A program made the translations under genes and the position numbers. From the NCBI GenBank assembly GCA_012295275.1, contig CM022670.1:17360001-17424000 (forward strand): a stretch of DNA of 64,000 bases. The letters are read 5' to 3'. The notes under the pieces were generated by a model. It was given only the letters and a program-made list of their open reading frames with translations. It did not search any database and had not been told where the DNA came from. The stretch comes from Chrysomallon squamiferum. Taxonomy: Eukaryota; Animalia; Mollusca. Of the stretch, positions 1-14,740 are shown piece by piece; position 1 is the stretch's first letter, and every line of letters starts with the position of its first letter.

Positions 1-596
1 CACTCCGTTATTTGACTGTTAAAGTAGGACAAAAAATAGAGTAAAATGTCATCAGGCAGATAATATCGACTGACAGAATCAGAATGGTGTGTAAATCTAC
101 ATCTTAATAGTCCTTTCTTGGCTAAATAAAAATTATTCATGGGAGAAACTACTGAGATAATATAAATGTGGTTTCTATTAAAAAAACGTGCATATCTAAC
201 ATGCTATGTAAAGATATCATTTACTTATCAACCTACATATGCAACAATATGCCAGACTATTGATAATAAACAAAATATATACACTTGATTTCAAAGAAAA
301 TGCATATCTAGGTTATTGTTTGTTATTATTATTATTATTATTATTTATATATATTTTTTTTTATTGCCACTTTTTATGTTGTTGTTGGGATAATACATAT
401 TGTATTTAGTGCAGAAGAATTCTGTTAAATTATTTTACTCATCTACTTTCTTCTTTATTTACGTATATACATTTTTAATATTTGTTACTACTACAACTAC
501 TAGTAATAAAATAAAAATAATGACAACAATAATGATAATAAAATTATAATAATAATAATATTTAAATAATAATAATTATTATATTAACAATAATAA

Positions 597-631
<35 letters not shown>

Positions 632-1436
632 ACAGTAATGCAAAAAAAAAAAAAAAAATAAAAACAGAAACAAAATTATTTCTCATTGTTTTGCTAATAT
701 TAATTAAGTTACACACATCATTCAGAGCCGGCATTCTGAAAAACGGGACTACACGAGACACCATAAATTACAAGAACAATTCCTGTCACTGAATACACGT
801 GTCTATGACTGAATGTGACAACTTGTTGAATGGCCGAGTCTTGTAGGTATTTGTTCTCACAGTAACAGAATAACCAGCCACTAAATCTACCTTGACGTGT
901 GGTCTCAAAGTGTGAACAGTTGCAGACGAAAAGCCAGGCCTAGCAGTGTGTTAGAGATGAACTAGACCAGCTTCGACACACAAAACAAGTCCACGGAGAT
1001 GACAGGCTCTCAAAAGATAGAAGCAATCCCGTTGGAAAAATCAGAAAAAAATAATGTCAATAGGTGATTTATTGGCACACAATTTGGACTCGTCTGAAGA
1101 GAGCAAGGGCTATACAAGTGTTCTCGCAGACACGGCAAGTACCATTGCCATTTTAAAGAAGGTCAAATTTTTTGTGTGGCTCCTGGTTGACATGTCTAAT
1201 GAAATTATTTTTTGATACTCCAGTCATTATTTTTCACTAACACCACATGGGTCGGAGAAAGAAAGAGTTTTAAAAAGATGAAAAAATAAATAAAGTGGGA
1301 GACAGGGGATTTAAAAATCTCACTTGACAAATGTGAACAATTATTTTAAACGTCTGTGACAACTGATGACATTTGTGTTTAACCAGTGCATTGTAAAATT
1401 AAGTTGATTATTACTTGAACAGTGCATTTTAAAGCT

Positions 1437-1560
<124 letters not shown>

Positions 1561-3810
1561 TACAAAGAACATAAAATTTTAAAAAATGTTTAAAAAAATG
1601 AAAAAAATAATAATTCATGCTACTGAATAATTTCAGATTTCTGAGAAATGCGCATTCACTGCATCTTTAATGTCAATAAAATGGATACACAAAAATTCTG
1701 GCAAATTTAAGCTGATTAAACGTCAAATACAGAGAAGAAAAGTTCTTACACAAATTAGCAGTGATGGTGAAACCAGAAACTAGGATATTAGCCAACAAAA
1801 ATCATTTTAAGGCTTTTTAACCACTTGACTCAAAGTAAAAGAGAAAATCTTCATGAGGAATGCATGCTAGCAAAACAGCCTATTACAGGAGAGCAAGCCA
1901 ATTTCAGAATGCTGTTAATGAGACAGACAAACAGTAGCAGATCATTTCTTAATCTTTGTTAAAACACATTTCTGGACTCCAAGATGTGGCTGTACATAGT
2001 ACAAGGTTATTTTCAACTATGAAAATCAATTATTTTTTAACGTTACTCAATTTTAAATAATTCTTGTTAATCCAACTTTTGATCTTTGCAACACATGGTT
2101 TCAACAAAGTCATGAAAATCTAGCATATTTTTGAGAATCCTTTTCAAGATATTTACATAAATCTTTTCTTTTTGAAGTTATTATTTTAACTGCGTATAGC
2201 GGATTTTGTAAAAAACTAAATTTTGTAAATGTCTTTTATCACTTTCATTATTATTATTATTATCATAACCCTGTTTTAAAATAAATTTATAAACATATTC
2301 AAATTTAAACATTTACTTATGAGCATTAGGAAATAAAATTTAATTAAGGAATTTTAAATTTTTAACAGTGGTACAAAATTAAGAAAGACTGGTTGTAATT
2401 TTAAAAGTAAAACAAAATAATCATTTCAACTTGAAGAATAAAATGCCAATTACTGAATAAGATAAAAACCAGTGGAAACTGAAACCGTAGAGCACTTTTC
2501 ACAGCAGGAACCTGGCTAAAGAATGACACAGCTTTAACTGGTCCTGCTTCTAGCATAAATTGAAGATTAGATTAGTATGTATTTAACACTGCAGTGTGTG
2601 GCATGCTTGGATCTTAATGGAAAATGTCACTATGTGTTTATACAAGTCACTCTTGACCAGTGCATGGAGTAAACGGCAAGGTGTGTGTGTTGGTTTTCAA
2701 GATAATATAGAAGTTTATACAAAAGTTTAATATATTGTAACTAAAAAAAAAAAACAAAAACACACACACACACACACACAAACAAACAAACAAACACACA
2801 CAAACACAAACATAGACACACTTATAAAAATGTTTTTAAAATATTTCTTTACTGAATTATTCTTGATCAGTACATGTGATAAATTGTAAGATGTATATGT
2901 TATGTGTATGTCTTTTTTTTGAGATAATACAGAAATACTGTATAAAATTTTAATGTATTATTACTGTTACAGAAAAAACCCAAATAATAATAAAATTAAA
3001 TTAAAAACAGTTCTTTCGCAAAATACTTTTAATCTTACAATATTTATATATTTTACTATTTGTTAGAGATCTTTGACTTTTTACATATCCACTTTTGATA
3101 TAGTTCAGGAAGCAAAAATTCCAGCTTCATAATGTTTCTATTTTCAAATTTGAAAAACAATAAAGGTAAAGTTTTCAGTAAGGTAACAAATCAATCCATT
3201 CTCTAAATGAGCATCATTTAAATAATAACTGTTGTTAGAGCTGAACAATTATTACAGTTTGAAGATAACAAAAATACAGGTATCATAAACATTATTACCT
3301 TCTACTTATTTTATGTGTGTATGTATGTATGTTCAAGTGGATATATGTATGTATGTATGTATGAATAAATTTATGTATATGTATGTATGTGTATATGTGT
3401 GTGTATGTATGTATCTATATATCTATCTACAATATACATGTATCATTTCAAAACAAATTATTATTTTAAAATTGTTTTTATGTCTTTGTACACATTAAAT
3501 ATTAATACAGCTCTGAATCTGTGACAAAAGCAATCTTTGTCGACAAAGACAATTATTGATTAGAAAAGTTAATTTTCTCATCCTATTGTGCAGGGACTAA
3601 TTTAATTATTTTAATTCTAAAATAAACCACTTATATATATCTATAGTACCTTGATGTTAATTTTTAATAACATCACAAGTTTTACACTGACAGATATTAC
3701 TACTATTACTACTACTACTACTACCACTATTGTTATTATTCTTATTAGTATTACTGCTGTTGTTGTTCTTGTAATTATTATAGTTGTTGTTGTTTCTGCT
3801 ATTGTTATTG

Positions 3811-3842
<32 letters not shown>

Positions 3843-4143
3843 CTTATTATAACTTGACTAAAAGAACAATATTACAAGGTACTGAAGTCACACTCCCACC
3901 CTCAAGCAACAAGTTAACATTAAATCTACATTAAATTATTATTTCAAAAATTAAAAAAAAAAAAGTAAAATTAAAAATTATACAGTGCAATCAGGTGGTT
4001 TTATAGAAAAAAATTAAAAAATTATTTCGATCACTTTAACTAATTAAATGCAAACATATCTACAAAATTTGAGTTGAGTAAGTAATCTTTCAGTACGATT
4101 AAATCAGAAACGAGAGATTAACAAACTCTCAGGAACATCATAC

Positions 4144-4440
4144 CTTAATAACTGTGTAGAGCGAAACTAGGTAATCCAGCAAACAAACTCTCACTGAGCT
4201 ATCTAAATCCTTCGTGCTTCTCGTATCTCACACCATAGATATATCACACTGAACACTCTGTCGTAGCTCTGTGCTTCCTTCACCCTAGCTCCGCCCACCA
4301 ACCCGGCCTCTTTCTTGGTCACATGACTATGACTGACAGGTTTCCACCGTAACAGGTCCTGATGAAACCACATGCTGACAAATGTGCCGGCGGGTTAATT
4401 CTCCGGGGTGGATTATACCACTAGAGTTTGTAAACAGATT
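4144..4440 (-). promoter_or_regulatory. Promoter-like island with a candidate non-coding first exon (4250-4144)
   Basis: GC/CpG-rich island. GC box CCGCCC 4291-4296, E-box GTCACATGAC 4318-4327, forkhead-type TGTAAACA 4429-4436. Minus-strand TCAGT initiator-like motif at 4252-4248 and donor AAG|GTATGA at 4144/4143. Confidence 0.45.
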
Positions 4441-5047
4441 AGCCATAGATCTCATTTTAGTTGTGCTGTTGTGTCGTTGTTGTCATTGGATCAAAAGGAA
4501 CGAATTAAGTCTTTTGTAATTTACCTTTAATTCCTTATGTAAATGTATATATATAACACTGGCTTTCAAGATTCAGTATATCAGAGACAATCAGAGTACT
4601 TTGTAGTGTAATGTTTGTACAGTGGTTTCACTAATTGACTTACTGAAATTTCATCTGAATCTAAACTGCTAGAAAATAAACCACAGCTAGATTTCTTAAT
4701 AAATATTATGCTGTTTAAGTGAAACAGATTTTAAAACTTCATGTTAAAAAAATATTTTTGATTTTTAGAAAGACTTGTTCAACCAGAATCAAACTTGAGA
4801 TCACTGAAGATTTCATACTTAAAAATAAAATTATATAGTCGTAGAGAATAAATTAGATTATTTTTTAGATTTCAACAGGTAAATTTTATAAATTATTCAT
4901 AATACAGCAAGAACTTCATTGCCAGTATTTGAAAAAATTATCAAAGAACCAGTGTACAAGGATTTAAAAAATAAATCATTTAGTTTTTTTGTAAATAATA
5001 ATTACTAAAAAATAAAAAAGACAATAAAAAAGTTTAATCATGTTTTT

Positions 5048-5213
5048 ATGTATGTATATATCTATATATGTATGTATGTGTGTGTGTGTGTGTGTGTGTA
5101 TGTGTGTGTGTGTGTGTGTGCATGTGTATGTGTGTGTGTGTTTGTATGTATGTATGTATGTATATATGTCTTTATATATGTATATTTGCATGATGTGTGT
5201 GTGTGTGTGTGTG
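5048..5213. repeat. (TG)n/(TATG)n degenerate microsatellite
   Basis: Read directly; similar tracts at 3313-3430 and 28700-28862. Confidence 0.9.
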
Positions 5214-8200
5214 TAATAATAATAAGGAAATATTAATAAATCTGACTAGTATTCATCTAGTTATTTTAAGACATGCAGGTTTATGTTTGTGTAAATGTTT
5301 TGTACTTTGTCTGGTGGATAAGGATGACAATTTCCAGTAACTCACAATTATAAAATATATATTTTTTTATTATGTTAACAGCTTAATAACAGCTTGTTAT
5401 TTTTAATATTTCACTGACGTGTAATATATATATATATATATATATATTAGTAGTAGTAATAGTAGTAGTATTTAGTAGATATTCTAAACACAAGAAAATG
5501 TTACCTTTCACATACAACACATTTTTGGCTTGTACATAAACTATTTTCATAAACGTGAATGTTTCAAAACATGAAACTGATGAAAAAAAAATTATATAAG
5601 TATAATGTTAATGAGTTTTAAAAGAATATTTCCATCTTGGCTACAAAATTAACCAAGCCAGCCAAGGAATTCATCAAACACAAAGCAACAAGGCCACAGA
5701 ATGAGAGAATTGACAAGGCCATAATGTGTGTGTGTGAATTAGCTACCTGAATCATTGTGGAATGATGAAAATAACAGTGTAACTAACTTTAGCACAGCCA
5801 GTGATATAAATATGTGAAAGAGAAATCTTGTTTTAGGAGACAGGAGCATTATTTAAGCTAAACACCCACACAACACTTTGACAAACACAGAACAGCTTTA
5901 ATGCAAAGTGAAATGAAGGATAAATCTATGAATAAATAATGTGAGTTGAAAAATGTCAAATATAACCAACATCCCAGTCAATATGCTGTGTGTGTGTGCA
6001 GGAAGTTAATCTTCTGGGTGTAATTGATGCTGATTTTCATTAAAACCACATCGACACAGAGCAGTATTTATTTTAAACTGACCTACGTTTTTGACAGGTG
6101 AAAACTTTTTATTTATTGAATAATAGCAAGGTAAATATGGAAAACAATGACCACCGCCTAAAAATGTAATATTAATAATAATAAATATTTAATTTTATAA
6201 ATAATAAATAATGAAAACAATAATAAATAAAAAAAAAAAAAAGATAAATTAAGTAATAATAACAATAATAAATAAAATGAAATGAATTGAAAAAACAATA
6301 ATAAAAAAAAATAATAAAAAATTAAAAAAATAATAAAACCCAACCACTCACAATTATGGAACTGTAACTCAGGATAAAACAGCAAATACTTTTAATATTT
6401 GGTGTTTAGTATTTAAAGTTAAATAAAAAAATATTCAAATTTCTGCAGAAAAAAAAAAAGTTACAATTTACTCAGTCTTAACTTCACTGTATCATAATTT
6501 AAAGTTTAACAATTAATAAGTTTTATCTTACAACTCAACTCTAATATCATTTCATACATAACAGAAGGAAAAACAGAAGGAAAAAAAAAATCTGAAATTT
6601 TATTTTCCCCCAAATCCCACATAGAGAATTCCGGATGGGCTGGAGATTATGGTAAGTTATGAAACAGTACTAAAATATATATTCTCAAATCTGTTCAGAC
6701 TTTATGACGTCTCTGTATTAATCAACAGATGTTGCCAATTACATAAACAAGAACTGTGGCTGGTTTTTTAGCACTGTAGTGTTTTGGGAAGAATGTAATT
6801 ACGCGAAACGAAATAAAGCACAAAAAAAGTAAGTGGGCTCAATAGCTTGAAACCTCGGCCCTAAGTTAAACTCACAGAACAGGAAGTGGAAGAAACGGTT
6901 TCTGGAAATGAGAAATTCATTGCAGCTGTCTGCTTGGTAGGAGTATGGGATTGATTTTGAACTGGTTTTTCTGCTGGTTTCATTGTACACGATTCAAACA
7001 ATACCTACAATATCGCTTACTGGAAAGGGGAAATAAACAAAATTAAAATGAATGGACGCAAAAAGCTTACAATATTATTTAATAAATACTGTTTAATAAT
7101 ATTGTAATAACCAAATGATATTATTTGTGTTAAATTTTCTAATATTATTATTCAATTTAGTTTTGCAATCACACTGAAATAAAAGTTTTTAAACTGGATC
7201 TATTTACAAGAAGGTAGAAATAAATATTTTTCTTGACCAAAAACAACAGATTTTTTAATCCATGGCTGCAGACAGTAGTATGATTGTGCAGTAGTCACAC
7301 TGTGAGAGTTTCTTTTTTTAATCTGCAGCAAATAATCTTTTTTATGCTCTCTTTCCATGGACATGAAAAAACACTTCATGGGCTTTGATAAAGCAGTTAG
7401 GAGGTCCTGGGAGAACTTAGGGGCACCTAGGCCAATGTTTTTAATGTTCTGCTTGGAACCAGTATTTGTTAAAGAAATCTCCATCTTACTTCAATAACAC
7501 ATCCCCAACCCCATTAAATGCTATAATAAATACCACTGTTTTAATCAACAATAAAAATATACATAAACAAATAAACAATTAAAAATAAATGAAAATAAAA
7601 TCCTACAGCAGTTTGCCGAGTAATAATAAATTTATCATTTTATAATGAAACTGAACTTTTTCCTCTTTTAAAAACTGTTATTCTGTCTTTTGAATATTTA
7701 TAACCAGTACAATTTTTTACTTCTTTTCCAAGAAAAGATTTTGGTGACATATATTCTCAAAACAGAACTGTTTCATCTATGTATAACATCTTTTTTTCAC
7801 CCTCTTGATTTGCACTCACAAATACATATTTAATTCTAACATTATGTAATCCAGTACATCATTTGAAGTTTTTCAAACCAATCAGAGCTTCTATCAAAGT
7901 CTTTCATCTATGATTTCACTGTATCTTTCAAAGTAGAAAATTTAACTTGTGAAAATTTTTAAAATTATATAATTTCTTTAAATTTAGTTTTTCTTACTTC
8001 AGCTATGTTAAGCAAATTTCACTAGATGCTGAATATAAGCATCAGTTCACAAACCTTGTTCATTTAAATACTGTTTTAAACCATGTAAAGTGAGATATAA
8101 CTATATTGGACATTGTCAGAATATTAAAATATTAATTTGGTAACTCACAGTAAACCTGTACATAAATGTAGACCACAAAATGATTGCTGCTATTTTCATC

Positions 8201-9383
8201 TTGATCATTAACTATATATTACTAGAAAAACTAGGTTTTGGGTTCTTACAGTCACATTTAAAATAATAGTAACATAAGAACAGTATGTATTTTACCATCA
8301 CATAAGATTCATATGAATATTATTAGCCACAGGGCAACAGAGAAATTATTTAACCTCTAGAAAAGAAATTACACAACAGAAAGCATTGTTCTCCAAATTT
8401 TGAAAATGTGTTTATTGCTTGTGGTAACCAAAAGAAAATACTGGCAACAATCTGAGATGTGAGACAATTGACATATAACACAATTAAGCAACGTGTGACC
8501 TTCTCATGTTGGCTGGTCAGTAGAAGATGTGACACCTCAGAGGTGCAAGTCTGGGAATAGTATGACATATCCAATTGTTATCAATTACTGAAGGAAACCT
8601 GACAGAGAGAGGCCACTGGGGATCATCTTATTGCTGAGACCATATGTCCAGATGAAGTGACAGACAGAGCATGAGGAAGATGAACAAAATTGTCGTAGCA
8701 CTTTCACAAAATGGACAAACAGACCGACGTGCTTTTGTTGACCAGGAAAATTGAGGACTTTTAGCATAAGCAAAAGAGGTGGATTAGCAGCAATTGTGTC
8801 AATTACATCATAGGCATTTGTAGCCATGTAGCTGAACAAGATTTCAGTAATTGAACTTCAAGTGGCTGTCTTGAAAATTCGTGTAGCAATTTCTCCAAAT
8901 AAGCAAGTAATTGAGTTAATTATCTGAAACATGCCTTACACACTGGGAGCTTACACAATCACTGGAGACCAGCAAAAGAAGATATTGCAAGCTGATGAAT
9001 CTAAGTGAATGATGGTCTTTTCAGATTAAATGTCTCAACTGGAAATCTTTGTGACACATCAAGACCTGAACCAAATGGAATTAATATTCTCTAAATTAAA
9101 TTTTTGTTTAACCTGATTACTTGCAACAAACACAAATATTATTAATGAAATATGATATCCATCATTATCAACCTCTTCAATAATTCAGTTAATTTTAAAT
9201 AAAAAGCTATGGATTCTGAACAAACTAGTTTTTTAATTTAGCAAAAACAATGACAACCTTTCATTTTAATGTGTATCCATTTTTTTGTCTCACTAATTAT
9301 ATATTTTATACCATATGTACTTCTGTACACAGAAACTTACATACAACTTAAGTTATATTAAAAGTAAAGGTCTATAATGGGAA

Positions 9384-9416
<33 letters not shown>

Positions 9417-10424
9417 TTAATAATAATAATAATAATGCTAATGATAATTATAATGATGATACTCATAATGGTAATAATAATAAGAATAATAATAATAATA
9501 ATAGCAACAACAACAACAACTAATATCTCTATTTTTTTTGTTCTTTTATTTTTGTTGGCTTTTTTTTGTTTTTTTTTTTAATGTTTTTTAAGTTAAACAA
9601 AACAATTCTTGTTGAAATAAGACAAAGAATTTTCCTAAATTAATTAACAAAGATGTGACTTTGGTGTCGGTCACAAATGCCTTGATAATATTCACCACTA
9701 AAAACAATATTTATTTATTACTGTCACAAAGCAAAGCCAGCCAACATCACAATACATTTGAGTGGTCAATAAACTGAGACAGCCTCCATCAATGAGATGA
9801 TACCCCTCCTGAAAGGGGACATGAAAAGTATTGTCATTACTTGTGTGTCAGTGATAAAGGGAAGCACTCATCAGATGACTGTGCATGTCCCTATCACTAT
9901 TCACTGACCACTTGGCAAGTAAGACATAAACTAACACATTGAAACATGAGCAGAGATTTGTCAACAACAGGTCATGGCAGACTAGACATGCAGGGAAAGA
10001 ATAGATGCAGAAAATCTCTCTTTTGTGTGGAGCTTCAGTGAAATATTGCAAAAAAAAAAAAAAAAAAGCCCTGTCAGTTAAGCATTCCTCAGAGTGGAGC
10101 AGACTGATCTTCTAAATAAATACATAAACTTTTGCTACAAGAAAAAACAACCTCTGAGTTTAGCATTCTATAGAGTGGACCAGGTAGTTGTTATAAACAA
10201 ATCCATAAACGTTTGTCAAAACAATAATCTTAAAACACACAGGAAAGATTTACTGCATTTTTGACATTCCTGTAAACTGAAGACATTTCTTAGACAAAAC
10301 AAATATATTTGAAAATTCCATCATTCATAATGTATTAGAGAAATGATAAACTGAAATATTTTTAGAATCTTTTATTTGTTTATCAGCTTCAGAACAGTTC
10401 AATTGATTGTGAAAAGACTGCTAT

Positions 10425-10500
10425 TACTACTACTACAACTCCTACTGTTGTTTCTACTATCATAACTATGACTACTACTGCAAAATATTGTTACTACTAT

Positions 10501-10536
<36 letters not shown>

Positions 10537-10640
10537 TACAGCTACTATAACTACTACTGCTATTAGTACTGCTTCTATTTCCACTACTATTAATACTACA
10601 TTATTCTGCTACTACTGCTACTACAACTACTACTAATAAT
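10425..10640. repeat. (ACT)n degenerate trinucleotide tract
   Basis: Read directly; similar tracts at 595-635, 3695-3850 and 54545-54700 produce the poly-Val/Thr/Ser pseudo-ORFs. Confidence 0.9.
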
Positions 10641-12402
10641 AAAACAGTTTCAATAACTTTTTACAAAACTGGTCAGCTTAAAACAATATTAAATCTATTA
10701 GTTACTAAAATCACCAAACTGTTTTTATTGTGGGTTTTTTCAGCCTAAATTTCTAAGTCTAAAAACCTTCTCAAAGAAGAAAAGATCAAACTAAAATTCT
10801 CAGAATGACTGATCAATGCTACCATTAAATTTACTCCCCACAACATGATTTGGCATTATTTCAAGTAGTTCTTGTCTATAGGGTTAACACATCAATCCAC
10901 TGAAACCGTCAGAGTTTTTCACCCAACACGGACACTGATCAATGCTGGGTAATGCACCAGTCCTAAGCTTTCTGGACACAGCCCAGTCCTAATTGAATCA
11001 GTGACTGTCAAAGCAGCTTTTCTCTAATTTACACATGATGCACATTGATTTGCTTTTAAAGAACCTGTTTGGAAAACTGACTTACGAAGCATGAGCACAT
11101 GAAGAAAAAAAAAAAACCCAGTAAAGATGCATATGTGGACACTGTAATGCAGATAAAATTAATTACCAGAGTTAAAAAAAAAAAAAAAAAAAAATTATTA
11201 TTTAAAATTAAAAAAATTTTTTTTTTTTTTTTTTTTTAAATAAATAAATAATAAAATAAAATAAAAGAAAATTTAAAAAAAAAAAATAACTAAATAAATA
11301 AATAAATAAATTAAAAAAAATAATAAAAAATAAAAAATAAAAATAATATAAATAAATAAATAAATAAGTAAGTAAATAATTAAATAAATAAATAATTAAA
11401 TAAATAAATAAGTAATAAAAGTGCCTGAGTAATTAATTTTTAGCTATTTTTGATGTTGAAAAATAAAACTGACTTCAATCATTTACTCATAACAGATGTT
11501 AAAATACATAATTTGTTTTCAAGAAGAAAATAAAAGAACTGAAAAGTTCCTGTCAAATATTAACTATTTGTGTCCTGAAAGAAATTTAATGATATTATTA
11601 ATATCAAATAGTTAATTTGTATTAAATTAAATTAAACATCAGATGAATATCACTAAAAAATTAAAAACCACTATGATAAACATAATAATTCTGATTGTAA
11701 TTTGAATGTTGTAAAAGATATGTCTGTATTTTATTATTGATCACATTGGTTGGTCAAATAAAAAAAATTTAAACATTAAATCCTGAACTTGTATTTGATG
11801 ATCCTGAAGTTATTTATAAGTATTTACAATAATCTGAGCTTTGCAAATATATTAGAATAGATATCATGTTAAATTCATCAGATGGAAAATCTTTAAGGAA
11901 ACACATAATGATAAAAGAAAACTAAAATTAAAAATCCCAAAGCTTTTGAAATTATAAACTTTTACCATGTAAATAAAACTTTATTAACATTAATTAATTA
12001 AAATTGGATATAATGATCTGTACAAAGTGATTTAACAAATCATTTTTAAGATATAACCATTTTAATTTTTTAAATGCATATATGGACACACACACACACA
12101 AATCAAAGAATCATTCTTAAGATATAAAATTTTTACTTAAATATTTTTATGTTTATAAATGAACATACACACATGCACACAAAAAAAAAAACAGGAGATA
12201 AAAAATAATTTTTTAATAATTTTTTTTTTGTTTTTTGGTTGACTTAATAAACAATAAATAACATTACAACACAAACATTAACATTTCACTTCTTGACCAA
12301 AAACCAAGTAAATTAAATAAATAAAACAATAAAAAAAATAATAATAATAATAATAATATTAAAAAAATAATAATAATAAATAAATAAATAAAACAACTAA
12401 AA

Positions 12403-12433
<31 letters not shown>

Positions 12434-14424
12434 AAAAAAGTAAAAATAAATAATAAATAACAAAAAAAATTCAAATACAAGACAAACATTAAGTAATGAG
12501 TGTTTACCAGTTTGCCGTGTCTGATCAAACTTACTGTTAATCGGATCACCTTCATCTCAGTCCAAACACCACCATGCATGCCAGGCTTTTAATCCAAGAT
12601 GAAATTTTGAAATAATACAACTTTTATCCTGTTGGCCGAACATACAAGTCAATATTGAATTGCTCCGCTGACAAAGGATGGCCACCACTGTTAAAAATGG
12701 GCATTTTGCAAACACATACAGATAATGATTATTAGATGGCCGATCGATCAAATCTTGGTCCGGCACAATCAGAATTAATCAGATCTAATTTGGCACGAGT
12801 AATCTGCTATTGGATTAAAACTGTCTCATTGGGACCAACATCGTGGCCAAGCTTTGTACGGTCGTGTTCTCGACAGAGTGATGAAGAAAAATCATTTCTC
12901 ATTTTAAGAATGTTAATAACTGTGAACATTTGAAAAGCAAAATTAATAGATCTCGGAAAGATGTGGACGAACTGGAAAGAGGTTTATTAAGAAGTGTATT
13001 TAATTATGAGATTTAAATCTGTTTAGATAAAAAGGTACCTGAATGATTTATTCAGTAAATTAGAAACACGAAGAGATGTTTCAACTTTTAAATCATTAAT
13101 AGGGATGAAACCTTTTCAGTGTGGTAGAACCTATACTCTGTTGTAAAGACTATAAATAGATTTTTAAATATGTTTTTGGTAAAATAGAATTTATTCTAAA
13201 CTTTTAAGATTTTATTTTTATTATATTTTATAAACCAAAGATAAACCTTTCACAATTTAAATAATATTTCTTCAAATTATATTTTATAAACTGGTGCCAA
13301 ACCTTTTAATGCATTGTTTTAAGATTTGTAAATTTTTAGTATTAATATTTGGTTTATTTTGTCTGTCCATCAGTGTTAGTAATAATACTGATTAATTTTT
13401 TATAATTGAAATTTTTTGCTCTGAAAAATGTTTTCCAAATTTTGAAAACAAACACAATGGTTATCTCCACATCATCATGGTATGTTATTGTTTCTTTTCT
13501 TCTTTTGTTGTTCATGTTGTTTTTAAACCTTCAAAATATTTTATTTCAGAACAGAAATCTAATGGATCTAAATTGTGTAGTTTTAAAATTTAAATTATGT
13601 GTAAGAAAAAGATGTTAATTGATCTTCTTTGCATCCAGAATTTTTGTCATATTTAAGTTTTAAAAAAGAAATATCATAAGCTAACATTTAATTTTAAAAA
13701 AACCCAACAAAACCCCCCCAAACAATCCCATTAAATTGATAATATGTCATATTTAAAAAGGAAATTAAAAAAACAACAACACGTATATCATATTTGAAAA
13801 AGACATTTGGTCATTTCTAATCATGTACAACAACAGTAATAAAAAAAATTCATTCGAAAAATCTTTTGTTAAACGGTCTCTCTGTGAAAAACCTTATTAT
13901 AAAAATGTCGAGCCTAATTCCTTTTCCAAATTGTAAGATTAATGGGAAAATAGCCAAATATATTCTAACATCTGACCTAACAGTTGACTGTGCCTCATTA
14001 GTAAGACATTTCTGGCAATGTCCATCATGATTTCTGAAAAGTGCATTAAGATGGAGAGATAAAAAGCTGAGACCACTGCAGCCAATGTCCAGCAGTTTTG
14101 ATGTTAATCAAGCCGTTGTGGTCATTCAGAAGAAAATTACTGTTGTAGCAACTTGTTCGGATGACCCTGATGGGTCTCCATGGTACATCAGTGACGACCT
14201 CAATAATACTCGAGGACATTCGAACATCAAATAATTGTAATGACAGATGTGTGTTTTCAAAAACATCTACATCAGACTGAGCTGAAGAGCCAAAGAATGA
14301 GATTCAAGAAGACATGGTAGTTGTGTTTCAGTAAATAGAGTTTACTTTAATCAGTTGAAATTTCGTTACTTTCAGATGTATGTAAAAATTAAATAAAATT
14401 AAGTAAACACATCTTTTAATTAAT

Positions 14425-14740
14425 TATGTTAATTAAATTCACATATTCAGCTCTTTTACTCAATGTCTTTTTACATTATTTTCATATTATAAATGAAATA
14501 GGTTTCAAGTTCATATATTTGGGATTTTTTATTTAACTGATGTATTAAAACATGTTAATACTATCCATAATGCATGTTTGAAATTTGTGTATTCAGGTCT
14601 TTTATTTAATGATTTTTTAAATTACATTTATATTATAGATGAAATATTTTTTGAATTCACATATTCAGGTCTTTCATTTAAAAACTTATTAAATTATGCT
14701 AATGTTATAAATGAGATATATTTTAAAGTCACACATTCTA
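14425..14740. repeat. Degenerate ~73-bp minisatellite, about 5 copies
   Basis: A TTCACATATTCAGG-like anchor recurs at ~14438, 14511, 14584, 14656 and 14728. Confidence 0.75.
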
